DNA of 63,979 nucleotides, filler included, from Choristocarpus tenellus KU-1152 (GCA_964200185.2; 9 parts of 9 records of this genome joined end to end with filler, not necessarily neighbours in it); one strand, 5' to 3'. Positions 1 to 13,254 are shown, counted from the whole stretch's first letter. Notes: generated by a model not told the origin, from the sequence alone. A program made the numbers and translations.

Positions 1-276
1 AATTGAGGAAAAAAAAAACACAAAAAAAAAATTTAAAAAAAAAAATAACCCCCCCCCCCCCCCCCCTTGCAACAGTATTGTCCATTTCATTAACACATCA
101 CAATGCTGGATGCCAAAGTGTCTACACTAATAGAAAGCAAGAAGAAACCAGTTTGCCACGCTGGAAAAAACATAAGCCCAGCAAAATTTCTATGGCACAG
201 ACAATAGGAGTTTGAGAGTAGCACAAAAGTAGACAAGGGTGATGATCGTATTGAGAGATGTAAAGACAATACGCAC

Positions 277-1166
277 CATGAAAATGTAGCTCGTGTCTGG
301 CACCTGTCCTCCCTTGCTTAGCAGCTCCAGTAGGTCATAAAATTGGCCATGGATGTCCCCACATATTGTCACGGGTGAGCTCACCAGTTGAACATTGTTT
401 TCTTCGATCAGGAGGTCTTTTACCTAGAAACAGGAGTAAGAGGTTATCCCGTACGCAGAGAGAGGATTGTTCGGTATGGGGAGGGAGTACGGAAGGTTGG
501 AGGACAAGCCGAGGTAACAGAAGGAATCAGTGTGTAAAAGTTGCCAAAGATAAACGGAGATGAAAATAACATTCCAAGAGGTGCTATATTCATGCTTAAA
601 GCCCAACGATAGAAAGAATAGCAGGTAAGCCCATTACATCGACCAAGTACAGCTCCCAGGAATGTAACCTGACCCAATTGGATCGGGGATCTGAAAGGAT
701 ACCAGAAATCGGTTAGGGGTTGGTGATTGAAAAAAAGATGGCGTTTGCTTAAGAGTCCTAGCTTATTAACTTAGGAGACCCATTGCTCGATAATTACATC
801 TTCAGAAGTGAATTTGAAGTTTGATAGTATCAAAGGTCTCTTCCTCGGATACTTCAATCATTTCAGCGATCGTGCTGGGGAGCACCAAAGAGTGAGCCCA
901 AACAGTCTTGGATTCTTTCTCACTCATGAAATCCCGCGATCACCAAACTGACATTTGTCTAACGCAATGTCGCTTGGGGTCGAATAGTCCAGAGGTGGTA
1001 TGACTGACAGGTTCAGGTGATGTCATAGGTAAGGCGAGAGCATCTTCCGGGCTTCATATCCCAGTATTGAATATTACATTCTACTTACCATATTGCACAG
1101 CTTTTTCAGGTCACGCTCTGCCAGGCAGTCGCCATTTGTCAGGGTTTGTATCCACTCGTCAAGCAT
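277..1166 (-). CDS. PPP6C: Ser/Thr protein phosphatase catalytic subunit, PP6/SIT4-like (PP2A family); first two exons, remainder beyond window start
   Basis: Exon 1 is 1166-1089 ([26 protein letters not shown], donor GTAAGT). Exon 2 is 423-277 (acceptor TAG; [49 protein letters not shown]; donor GTGCGT), joined in frame. It contains the PPP motif GDIHGQ. DLKKLC and GGQVPDT resemble PP6 more than PP2A/PP4, but the subfamily call is less certain than the family call. Confidence 0.88.
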
Positions 1167-2957
1167 CCCCAACCTGCCGCAACCTGCGGCTTCCGACTTG
1201 GTTTTTTTCTGCAACCAGCATGCAAACCAATACGACCACCCTCTCCACAGCTTTAACTCAATCACCCCTAGGCAATACCTATAGTCGATGTATCACAAAG
1301 TTGTTTTAAGGTTTCAATTGACTTGCTTCAAGACCTACACTTTATAAACCCTGTTCAGTTTTTGGTTTGGAATTGGTGAGGTTTTCCACCAAACATATAG
1401 GCGTGTTTCATCTTTTTTTTTCAGTAGAACAGTGGATTGGCATGGTCACCACCAGTTCTCTTACAACTTCTGATCAAGAACAGGGAGGAACACGTGTGCA
1501 GCCGTGGGGGAGACGAGAGTGCGGCATCCCGTATTGCAGGTTCCTATCCCTTAGAGGTAAGTGAACAAAAATAGGGTGGAATGGACTCATGTTAAACTGT
1601 GAAGACTTCTAGATCAAAATCTTTGTTGTGGTGATGATCTGTTGGTGTGGTCATCATTGGTAGGGATAAATGTGGAACACGATAGTATCAATTGCAATGA
1701 GTATCACGTTTGCCGGAACGTTATTGGAGCAATCTCTGTGCAATGACTTTGTTCGCTCGTCAAGGCAACGAATTCCATGTCATCTATTCGTGGTACATCG
1801 AATAAACTCTCCTGTGGAATTCAAAATCTCTTGTCAGCGTCGACCAAAGTCGAAGAGGAGCTCTGTCGACCTCACCCTCAAGCTTTCAATCAGCTGTGTG
1901 TAATTGTAATCTCGAGCAAAGTGTTTACTTCGAAACCGCGACGTGAGGTCAATTCCAGGAGGTTGACATAATCTTTCGAGGGTGACGTCACATCTGGGCA
2001 TTAGTGGATCTATGTCACACTCCCGAGAAAGAAGTGTCTCTCCACCTTTCGTATACTTGCTGTCTGGATACTTAAACGTAGAGCTGTTGTTACTCTGTAC
2101 TGATAAAAGTTTTTGCGGCTAGAAATTATTTGTTGGCAAACGAATGTAACGGAAGAGCCCTTGGTGGTCGCATTTCTTGCCGTTTGAACATATTCCTCGT
2201 GCATTTGTCTACCAAACCCATACTCTACCCTCACTTCCCGACCTGCGGTACCATTGCGTCCAAGCAACTTCGGTAAGACATGACCTAACATCCTCTTCGT
2301 TGTTTTTTTCTATTGAGGAAATCGCGATGAGTAGACAAGTACCGCGTTGGAGTTCGTTTATCTACTAAGTCGTGTCTTGATGCCTTTGAGACTAAAGAAG
2401 TTGGCCTTGCCTTCTAACCCGAATTATATATTGATGCTGAATTTCCTTATTTTGAAGGGAACATTTTTGTCACCAATACTAACAAGGACAGTTACAGGAA
2501 AATTTTCGTGTGGTGCTTTTGAAATCCCCCAGGTCTGTGAAGTAAATGGGAACATTGCATTCTGGGCTTCTATTTCGGTACGGTCTTCTCAAATAAAGCA
2601 CCGCGTGTTCTCAATTTTGACTGTGTTCACTGGTGTAAGTTGTAAAGGTTGTGTTCCCGTTACATCAAAATTTGCGATCGAATATATTGTTCTTCCCCGA
2701 TCTCAGTTTCTCTTTCTACCTTTTAGAGTACCAGTATGCAAAATATGTACAACGAATTCATCAAACTTTTCATCCTAGTACTAGTCGTCTAACCAAGCTT
2801 TGAGTATTTGTGGATTTAATGAGAAAGGTTAGGGTTAGGGTATCTGTGCAATGTTTTTGTCCCAGCTCACCATCTTGTGTTCAATTTTTTCTGTAAATTG
2901 ATCTGCTCTTTTCAAAAAATCTTGGCACTGTCTACACTACACCATTATGAAGAAACA

Positions 2958-3893
2958 ATGGGTGGACAAGCACAGGGACCATTTGACCTTGCTCACTTCA
3001 CCAAGGGAGCATTGGCAGGAGGCATCTGCTGCAGCATCACTCATGGCGCCCTGTGCCCGGTGGACGTGGTCAAGACCCGTATCCAGCTAGAACCCGCCAA
3101 GTACAACAAGGGCATGATCGATGGCTTTAAGCAGGTCATCAAGAATGAGGGTGTGGGTGCCCTTGCAACAGGACTTGGTCCCACTGCAGTGGGTTACTTT
3201 GTGCAGGGTTGGTTCAAGTTCGGTGGGGTTGAGTTCTTCAAGATCAAGGCCTCGGAGGCCCTTGGTGTAGAAAAGGCATGGGAGAACCGCCTACCTATCT
3301 ACCTGGGGGCAGCTGCAGTGGCAGAATTTATTGCAGATGTGTTTCTGTGCCCGTTGGAGGCAACCCGTATCCGCCTTGTGTCTGACCCAGCCTATGCCTC
3401 AGGGTTGATGACGGCATTTCCCAAGATCATCAAGCAGGATGGTGTGATAAAGGGTTTCTACTCTGGGTTTGCGCCCATCTTACTAAAGCAAATTCCGTAC
3501 ACTATGGCAAAGTTTGCTGTACAGGGTGTTGCTGCTGAAAAGATCACTGCCATGATAGGAAAGAAGCAGGAAGAGCTCTCCAAGGGTTCTAAGATGGGTA
3601 TTGCTCTGTCTTCAGGAGTCATCGCAGGTGTCGCTGCTGCCATCATCTCCCACCCTGCCGACACCCTCCTCTCACTTGTCAACAAGGAAGGTGCTGGGGG
3701 AAATGGCAGCATTGGTAGCCGTCTGCTCAACCTTGCCCGGGAGGCTGGGCCTAGCAAGCTGTTCCTGACTGGACTTGGTCCACGATGCGTGATGATTGGT
3801 TCCCTCACTGCAGGTCAATTTGCCATCTTCGACTCAGTCATGAGCTTCACTGGGGCTTCCAAGTTCCACTTTGTCGACCCCAGCAAACAGTAG
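2958..3893 (+). CDS. Mitochondrial phosphate carrier (SLC25A3/MIR1-like), intronless CDS
   Basis: ATG 2958 to TAG 3893. Three carrier signatures (PVDVVKTR, PLEATRIR, PADTLLS) and phosphate-carrier motifs GGICCSITHG, GWFKFGGVEFFK, KQIPYTMAKF. Confidence 0.95.
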   Translation: MGGQAQGPFDLAHFTKGALAGGICCSITHGALCPVDVVKTRIQLEPAKYNKGMIDGFKQVIKNEGVGALATGLGPTAVGYFVQGWFKFGGVEFFKIKASEALGVEKAWENRLPIYLGAAAVAEFIADVFLCPLEATRIRLVSDPAYASGLMTAFPKIIKQDGVIKGFYSGFAPILLKQIPYTMAKFAVQGVAAEKITAMIGKKQEELSKGSKMGIALSSGVIAGVAAAIISHPADTLLSLVNKEGAGGNGSIGSRLLNLAREAGPSKLFLTGLGPRCVMIGSLTAGQFAIFDSVMSFTGASKFHFVDPSKQ

Positions 3894-5097
3894 ATTGTAC
3901 GCCAATTTGCAGATACCCTAGACATGTGTCGAGGTGTTTGTATGAAATTGCAGTGAATAAGCTTGTGGATTTTTTGTGTCTTGTGTTTGCTGAGCAGGTG
4001 TTCACCTGCTGGTGTCGTTTTTTGTGCGTGTGCGTGTGGCTGTGGGTCAAAATTTTGTTGTGTGTGACCATATTGGCCCTGAGTTAGGGGTTGCTGCGAC
4101 TTCCAAGGTAATTGTGTGGAAGGGCAGGAAGTGTCAGCAGCTTTTGTCGCAACCAAATTTTGCTTCGTATTGATCCATTGATGAATGACCACGCAATTAT
4201 TTCTTGCTTGTTATTGATAGTAAGTTATTATGAGACCACAAGGGATTAATAGCACAAAATGTTTTTCTGTTGTAGAAGTTTCTTATTACGGAATATGCAT
4301 GAGATGTACCTAAGAAATCTGAGCCGACCTTTTCAATTGTTTTGTTGCTGCATTTTTCAATGTGACACATTTCATCCACTCAATTCAAGTGCCGTAGGAA
4401 GTCCGCCTCGGCTCAACTATTTTTTGTATCTCCTCTGTGAATCAGTATGAAGAGTGCACAACTGCAATTGAAATTTTGAATAATCTTGTCCAAAATCTTA
4501 AACTTTCTGAGCAGCCTGGCCATGGTAGTTCCCCCTTTTACCTACAGTTTCTTGGATGGTCTAGTTAGTTAAGTCCATTTTTGTGACAATTTATACAAAG
4601 ATTAATGCCTTGATCATCAAGTAAACCAGAGCTGATGCAAACTACAGATCTGCTCCATAGGTGGTTAACATCATGTCAGCTTTCTGATAAGCTTTTTGCT
4701 GCTATGTTCCGGTCTACACATGGAGTAAATTGTGGACTACATCATGTAGCTGTTGAGTGACTATGGTAATGCCTGCACTCTATTGGGGGGGAACACAATT
4801 TGCCTCTTTATGAAGAGGTATTTGATTTTGTTTGTCCCACATACAGGCCCTCTGTTACCGGTTCCTCTGAAACCTTTGACGTGAAGAGTATGTAGAAAGC
4901 ATGTACAAATAGCCCATAAATGGTTTATGGAATTTTCCAGATATTTAAAAATAGTCTCTTCTCTACTGTAGTGATTCAAAACCATATTTGAGTCACTACA
5001 TTGTTTTTGCTTGTTACTAATTTTTGAAAAACATTAGGTGAAGGCAAATGGAGTTTTGTGAGTAACCCCTCAATAGTTGGTTCGACTAGCAGCAGGT

Positions 5098-5351
5098 GAT
5101 TGAATCTTAGAGGGTAGGGTTGTGTCCATTTGGGGGTAAAAATCCAATGATGTGATTTTGATGTAATTTTGGCTATCATGTTTATTAGGAAGTGTCAATA
5201 TCCTTGTTCCGGATACACCTTTTCATAATGTAACACTTTCCTACTCCAAAACTTTTTCAGAGTAGAAAAATGTCATAAAAGAACCCATGGGAAGCCAAAC
5301 CCCAAATGGACAAACAGGGCAAATCTCATACCCTCTAAGGTACTTCCACTC
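5098..5351 (+). mobile_element. MITE family A (~255 bp), diverged copy
   Basis: Ends resemble GAGTCAAAGTATCTTAGAGGGTA...TACCCTCTAAGATACTTTCACTC; the body aligns by eye to the copies at 39074, 52709 and 60994. Confidence 0.85.
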
Positions 5352-6302
5352 TTATGGTCAGTGATCACAGAAGCATCCTCCTGCATTGATGCCAAGGACT
5401 GGAAATTTCTTGAATACTTCTTGGGAAAACACTTGTTGGCTAAGCAGGTTACTCATCCTTGGTTTACAGAAATAACAGGAATAGGAAGAGTCCTTCCTGC
5501 ATCCAATAACAGATTATTAATTACAAAAAAAAACATATCGACACTTTATCCCAGTCAATTTTGGGTCAAGCCCATCCTCAATTTTTGAAATCGGCTGTTC
5601 AATACAGCTACAACATGGGAATTGTTGTAGTCCGCTCCACCATACTATGAAATCAAAGAAAATTAATACTTGAACCTTTTTCAAAGAGAACAAAGTAGTA
5701 GTACAATCGGATGTAGCCAACTGTTCATATTATCTCCTCCAATATCCCCTCCATGTATCTGTATTGAGAACAAGGGGTTAATGCCATCGTGCAAAAATTC
5801 CCGAAATTCCAAGCAGATTCAATAACCTGCAAAGTACTATCGTTCAGAAATACAGTAGCAGACCAGAGGTTGTGTGGTTGAGTGACGTAGAGAGGAAAAA
5901 AATGACTGGTTGAGTTCCAGCCTTCTACAGACTTGATTGCTCGCTATCTTGTCACCAAAAAAGTTGCACCATTCACTTTATGGTTGGATACAGCCAGACA
6001 CCAGACAGCCAATGGTGATGTTTCAGTCATTTTTTAATTGAATAGAGCTTCAGTTTAGTCTGCCTCATGTATTTTAATGAACTCGTAAAGCAGTATCAAG
6101 TGAGAGATCAGCTGAGCTAATGTTGTGCATGGCTGCAGTAAAGGTGAACAGGAAGGGGTCAAGAAGGAGAGATCAAAGAAGGAGCAGGGCTTTATGGTCT
6201 TGGAATGTGTTGCAGATGCCAACATCATGGTGAATGAAGACATATGCGAAGACGCGCGCATATACGACTAGAAACGTGCACGAGAATTACTTAAGCTAAG
6301 CA

Positions 6303-7100
6303 CTACACTTCATTCACCAGTTGTTCGGCCAAGTTCGCCAACACATCTTCAACTTCTTGGCAGCACATTGTAGTCATATCCTCCAATATGTCGTCTGCGA
6401 GAAGTTCAGTTAAATCCACCTGCAACATATGAGCTTCCCTGAGGGATGCCTCGCGCAACCTGCGATGCCTTGCGAAAGCAAATCGATGCTGTTGCAAACC
6501 TTCCACCTTGGAGTCGGCAAGTGTGACATCCACCTGTGACAAGCACCTACTATAGTAGTGAATATCCAAGTCACCCGCCTTCTCCATGGTACTTTTTCCA
6601 GTACTCTCCCTTGCGTACAACCTATTTCTTCCCCAGGCACCACTCCGTGACGTTTCGGCACTCTGAGTCTTGCTTTCCAGGAATGGGTGCTCTTCCCTTG
6701 CAGTCATCACCTTTGATTCTATCCAACTACTCCCTTGTTCTATCAACCCATACAACTCCCCTCCGAACACCCCACAGGCATTTACTGGGGCGGCTATATC
6801 GACCTACGCAAGAAAAATCTCCAGAATCTACTACTACGCCTTTCGTGTCGCTAGAAGCTCATACCCAGTTGGTTGAAGGGTCGGAATCAAGTCCTATGTT
6901 GATATCTTGCTTGTATTGATAGATTAATTGGGTAGGTGCAAAACGGAAACGCCTCGATACGGTTAATGGACTACGAAATTTGATGATCACCTCTATCCTC
7001 ACTTGTTGAAGATAAAAGCTGTCTAAGGAATGCTCGAGTCTCTTTAAGCGTGTTGCTCCACGCGCTACCCCAGTAAGGGAGAATTTCAAAAGGACGCGTG
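6303..7100 (-). CDS. Hypothetical protein, 3' exons; acidic helical C-terminus reminiscent of Moonraker/KIAA0753; 5' end not located
   Basis: The terminal exon 6803-6303 (acceptor TTTTTCTTGCGTAG, 167 codons, ends LLADDILEDMTTMCCQEVEDVLANLAEQLVNEV*) joins in frame to exon 6909-6865 (donor GTATGA) and possibly to an exon ending at 7003 (donor GTGAGG). The family resemblance is from memory only, and the upstream boundary is approximate. Confidence 0.6.
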
Positions 7101-7117
7101 AGGCCCTATTACGTTTA

Positions 7118-8905
7118 ATGGCATACCAGTCTTCAACCGCAAGAGGGAGTGGTAAATGTTGCAATCATGACATCAAGTACCGATCTGCTCGTCGGTTGAC
7201 GTGGCTCACTGTCTTTTGCCTTGGGATTTCGCTGTTCCCGGCCTTCGCTGCTGCTTCAAGCTCGGCATGGGGAAGGACAACGCCTGATGCAGGTCCCGAA
7301 CAGGAAACATGATGTCTTCTGGCCAAGCAGCAGAAATGCTCCAACTATTTTACTAAGCACATATTCCCTATTGTCTGAGTGAATCTACGTACGATCAACG
7401 CGTGAAAGAAGCGCCTGACACCCCCCTGTTCTTCCCGCGACATCTTTTCTCAAATTTCCTGAAAGTAACAGGGTCAGGGGGGCGGATATCTGGTAGCTCA
7501 AGCGGCGAGGGAGGGGCGTTTTCTTTCGGTGGAGGAACTGTACCAAAGGTCATAGTGGACGAGACAATGGATTCTGAAGAGCAGGATATCAATGAAGTAA
7601 AACGGAGAGGAAGATGGACTTTCACACAGGATCATGACCCAGTGGTGTCGGCGATTAAGAGCATCAAGGACCTTTTCCCGAACGTGAGGGTCGCTTTGGA
7701 TCCCACCACCTCACTTAAACTGCGGAAACGCATCTACCCCTTGAAGACTGTGCTGACGCTGGGGGCGGACTACAACACACAGATTGGAGTATGGCAATTT
7801 CGCTCTTCCTGGGAAGACTCTATCATTGGTGGTCGAATCAGCATCGCTGGCCGGGAAGTTATGCTCACTAAGTCCTGGCTCCTCAAGGTGATGGACTCGG
7901 AGGACGTAGCAACGCGACTGAAGTTTCGTGCTGCAGTTAACACACGAGATTGGACAGCCTACGCAAAATTCGGCTTCCGCACCGAGAGGATTGCTCCTCT
8001 CAATATTAAGGACGGTTTCCAGCTCGCGAGAAAGTTCCCGTTGGACGGCAACAACGGTGAGCTTTGTCATAGCCAATCGGAATAGAACAGTCTGTTGGCA
8101 TGTTGCGGTTGTGCCCATACAAATTTTTGCTGCATGATTTTCCTCTGCTTGACACCTTACAATGGGATGCATGAATGATAATGAGGTCTAAAGCGTCTCG
8201 TTGTGCACGTTGCGTAAAGTGATCCAGGTTCAGAGTTACTCTTTTTTTTCGTGCAGTATGGTTCGTGTATGAAGTAAAGTTCAACATTTCACTCTCTTTC
8301 AAATTACCCGACTTTCATTTGATACTAGCATACCTATGTTAATAAATATTCGTATCTGCTTGTGAGCTTTTCCTCCCAGTTACGGGAAAACCTGAGTGGC
8401 TCTAGGGGAATAATCCTCGTAGCCCAATATGGGTCAGGGTTAGGGTTAGGGTCGTTCACTTCCCCACCGTAATGGCGATGAATTTATGTTCATGCTAGCC
8501 AGTACTATTTTTTTCATAGGATAGGGCATTGAATTGATGGCTTGAAAATTTCCCTCTAAGATGGAATATTACTTTCATTGGAATCTATTGAAATATAACA
8601 ATCTTACATTCTTTGTGATTGATGGTGATTAATTTTGTTCACCCTAAAACCAGTCTCGAACCTAATTTTGCAATTTATCCTTTCCTTTTGCCCATGGGGG
8701 CTACTACTTTGTGCCTATTTCATGTCCTTTGCACTATCTTTGAAACCAGAAGAAACTTCAAAAGAGTAAACACCCCGCTAATATTTTTTCGGAGTATGTA
8801 TCATGTGGTTATTTCAAAAATAGAGGAATAATGACCTGTTTGAAATGGGTCTTCTATTGATTTTCAAATTATTTGCCTCTGTACACCAACACGCAAAAAA
8901 AAATT

Positions 8906-8952
<47 letters not shown>

Positions 8953-9146
8953 CTGGGCACACTTGTTGGTGCCCCCCTCCCCTTCGCTTGAAAGGTCATG
9001 CTAAGCTGGAGGTGGTAACGAAGCTTGCCCTTCCAGAGCCGGAGCTGCAGTTCAGCACGAATGGGGACACAAGCAAGGGGGTAGTAGTTGGTATGGGAGA
9101 TGTAAACATTGGAATAGAAGAGTTCAACCTGTTGTTGGAGTACTGA
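7118..9146 (+). CDS. Hypothetical beta-strand-rich protein with putative signal peptide (candidate plastid envelope beta-barrel)
   Basis: The main exon ~7409-8056 (donor GTGAGC, phase 1) splices in frame to exon 8995-9146 (GHAKLEVVTKLALPEPELQFSTNGDTSKGVVVGMGDVNIGIEEFNLLLEY*). A tentative first exon 7118-7292 encodes hydrophobic LTWLTVFCLGISLFPAFAAASSSAW; its donor (GTCCCG) is weak. Confidence 0.75.
8909..8950. repeat. (CA)n microsatellite
   Basis: Perfect AC run in the intron just upstream of the 8995 acceptor. Confidence 0.95.
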
Positions 9147-12100
9147 GGTCTGTTGATTATTACAATCTTGTTACTAGGTGATGGGCTGTAGAAGTTGTGC
9201 AAGGGAAGGTTTGTCTTCCTGTGCCTGTTGTGTGTGTCTGTCTTTGTGTGTGGCATACTCAAATGTGCATGTTTTCTGTTTGGAGCAGGAGAGTCAGTGG
9301 CGGTCCATCCCAGTCTGCCCCCCCCCTTCCCCCCCCATCTCCATGATTTGTGTGTGGTCAAGTTGCAGGCAGATACAAGGACGCTGGGATTTGTGTTTTG
9401 CCCTCTTTAATTATTCTATAATGGTGGTGAGCTAAGGTTAGGGTTGTATCTTGGCAACCTTATTGTGAGAAAATGTAGGGGAACAAAAGGTACTGCAAAG
9501 TAATAACTTAGCTTTTCTTGTTTGACCTGCCTATTTGATGAAACATCTCACCGTGCACCTCGTTGTCCATCTTTTCATGGAATATCTCTCTCACCTTGCC
9601 CAAGAGTTATGCAGGGAAACCTGCACTGGGGCCACAGTTCATTCACTAATCCAATCTCAAAAAAACACCCTGCGAAAATTGGCAATGTTTGTGTCACCAA
9701 TACTAGTATATTATTTTGACACAGAGGTTGGCGTTACTTTACTCTATGCAAAACAACGACGGGTTGAGATTCCAAGGTGTTGACATTCCTAATGCAACAT
9801 TTAAGAGCTGGTGAGCCTTGTACAAGAAATGTGAAGCACTCCGGGGGTGTTGTCAGTACAGCTTGCATGTACATAAATTTATTTAGCATTACTGTGTTGA
9901 AAACTCCCTAGTGAGAACAAGAAGTTAATACAGTCTTTTTTTCTCACAGTATTTATTACTTTTTTTATTACTGTTGCAGTGGGCAAGAAAGATTAGTGGG
10001 ATAGATGATATTGCTACCCCTTTTTTGTCGTTGGATAGTGGCAAATTAAATACTGTTTCAGTATTCATTTCCCTTGCATATTCTTGAATAAAATTAAAGG
10101 AAGAACATGTATGTCAAGAGCTTTAATTTATTTTTTTTATAGTGTTCTTCAAAGAATAATAATACAGTGCAATCTTGGAATTGAAAATATGTTGTATCAT
10201 TTCTGTAATAATAATAATAAATAATAATCTTGAGAAACCTCTTGTCGTGGTGTCATCTTGAAATGGTCAAAGAAGAGAAGAATATACTATTCCGAATCCT
10301 AGCATAACAGATTGAATTAGCATTGAGGGGTTGAAGGGTTGGTTTCAGTACGTAACGTAAGTTTCCATGGTTTACATGACAGTCTACATGACATTCTACA
10401 TGACATTCTACTTTTGAGTGTTCAGTCGGTGTCAGTTTTGTACTGGTGAGGTTTTCTAACCCTAACCCCAAAGGCATTAATGATAGTAGTCAGATGGACA
10501 TAGATGCCTTGAGATGCTCACGATGGGGGTCAATAGTCTTTACTGTACTGTCAGATGTTTTAAATCAGTTGTGGGGGAAATCAAATCCTTACAGTACAGT
10601 TCATTATTCCAATAGATGTGAACAAATATAGTTTGTATTTTCATTTGACCCCAAAGTATGTCCTGGTTTAGAGTTGTTCTGATTTTGACAGTTACGTTGC
10701 TGTCGCTGAGTGAACTTCACACCTCAGTACAGTCAATTTTAGTTTGGATTTGACAGTACAGTTATGGTTGGACCTATTTTCCCTGCACTCTCCAAGAATG
10801 ATGAATAATATAAAGATAGATACCGGTATGTTGTTTATCGTATGTGTCATGCCCTCATCTTATAGGTTGTGCTCTAGAGATTGATTGGTAGCATGACTGG
10901 TACTACAGCAATATCAAAACAATAGTCAAACATGAAAAATCCAGCTAGTGCTAGTGATGCAATGTGATTTATATAATATTATATGTATACAAAACATAGA
11001 ACATAAATTTCAAATTATTTCCTTCTAGTACTGAACACGGAAGGAGAAGCATTCTGTACTAAGTCAGGTGAGCATAACAATATGATCAAAATAATTATTT
11101 TATGTGGAGTAGTTCTGTTGTATATAGCGGCATTCTATGCCCTATAAATATATTTCTTTGATCCTTGATAATTCTGCCAATGAACAGTGGACAGTACAGT
11201 TATTTGAAAGTTACATCAATAGATGGAGAGTACAGTCATTGTGCTATTTGCAGACACTGGATGGATGGTAAGTTAAAGTAGGATTAAATGAACACACACC
11301 TACCACAGTACCATTACAGAGTTAGGGTTAGGGCTATTTTGATGGTCATGCATGGGTTTTCCAATGTCTCCACAATTGTCCACAGTAGTGCGGCTTCAGA
11401 TTTCCAATGGTGGGGCTGGTTAAGGTGTAAATCCACTGTGGACGTTTTTTTCCCAATCGGGACCGTGATGTGACCATCTGATTAACCAGCATGAAATGCT
11501 GTGGTACATGGACATCTACCTGTGACATCTACCTATGTCATCAATCTTTTTTGCAAGTGTACCACACCATCACGGTCCCTATCAATGCCTAAAAAAATAT
11601 ATCATGTTTATTTTCACGAACTTGACAGTCTGCCGTACTCACTAAAATGAGGAGTGTTCAGAGTATCTGGAAAGTCAACATCCGCCCATATTGTTCCACC
11701 TACTATACTCACTCATTTTGTGTCTGAATGGTGTATTAAATAATACACTGTGGGAACATGTTGGGGAGTATTTAACCCCTTAAAGTTACAAATAGGACTG
11801 ATATTTTTCAGGCATATTCAATCATGAAAGGAAGATTATAACACCATACATCTTACTCTAATGAATTATCGATCAAGAAGTGAGAAACCATTCCTACGAC
11901 AATTACTATTATTGTATTATCATTATTGAAAAGCCAATTACCTATTATTGATGGGAAATGTCAAAATGCGGGATGATGACAAGCATGATGAAGCAGAGTA
12001 CTGGGAACTGGTCACAAAAACTTTCACCCTTTCCCAGAGCCCCACACCATTCCACGGAGGAGCTTCATATGACAGCATTCCCACATGCATATATATGTGA

Positions 12101-12164
12101 GTGTCACTGACGAAGATGTATCAGAAAAAAGAAAAACAAAACACAAATAAAATCATAATAATGC

Positions 12165-12480
12165 TTTGAACAGTAATAATAATAACATAATAATACTTCC
12201 AAATAACACTATAAAACAATAACATAATAGTAATACTTCGAACTATAGTAACAGTAATAATTATACTTCCAACTAGCAGTAATAATAGTAGAATAATAAT
12301 AATACTTCAAAGTAACAGTAATAAAGTAATAATAATACTTCGAGCAGTAATAATAATAAAATAATAAATACTTCAAACTAACAGTAGTATCAATAAAGTA
12401 ATAAAAATACTTCGAACAGTAATAATAATAAAGTAATAATAATTCTAACTAACAGCAATACTAATAAAATAATAATACCC
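12165..12480. repeat. Degenerate AT-rich minisatellite (AATAATACTTCGAACAGTAATAAT-like units)
   Basis: Recurring AATACTTC-x-AAC/CAGTAATAAT motifs. Confidence 0.7.
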
Positions 12481-13254
12481 TTCTAGTTGTAGTAGTGCAA
12501 TATGACCATGACTATGACAAGAGACTGGTGGTGATGACTCTATAGGTTGTCGGGGCAATGAAGGGTGTCCAGATTGATGTACTATAACGCAAAGATCAAA
12601 CTATGAAGTGTGAAAGGTATTTGACCCCCAATATCAATCCCTCACTGCCAGTCCTTTCCAGTCAGTCCTTTCCAGTCAGTCCATTGGTTTTGATTGAAAT
12701 ACCAATACCAATACCAATACCAAGAGTACATGCCTCATCGCATGTATCAAACACGCCACCTCTTTCCAGCATAGTTCAGTTCAAAATCAATCAGTAGATG
12801 CCTCCCTGTACTTTAATTTTAAAAATGCAAGACAAAAACCATTATAAACTACACTGTATGGCTACAGTTAGGAAGATTAGGGTTAGGGCTAATAAAAGTA
12901 GTCATCAGCGCAGACAAACTACTACTGTACCTCCAGAGTCTCTTTGGTGGTCAGGACTCAAATATTATCATTACTGTTCAAAAGAAGGGTTAGGGTTATA
13001 GGGTTAGGAGTTAGGATTAGGGTTATGAATGAAAACAAAAAATAAGTCATGTTTCAAAAAAGCTCCATACTCCCAGTCTATTCAATCAGCAGAAAGAAGC
13101 ACACCATCAGTAATACAATCATGACCAAGGAAAAAAACCTCACTACCTGTACAGCACTTCACTTCATCCTAAAGAGTCTATATCATGTCAAAACACAAGA
13201 CATCAACAAAACCAATCCATCCATCCATCCATCCGTCCATCTGTTAGTCCACCC

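Noticed and set aside
1425-1950. Possible plus-strand exons between the phosphatase and the carrier
   Set aside because: Splice-like signals exist but there is no recognisable product, start or stop; could be UTR, so not called as CDS.
3458-3808. Antisense ORF over the phosphate carrier (likewise 7711-8172, 35626-36027, 50113-50467)
   Set aside because: Shadow frames of real coding exons.
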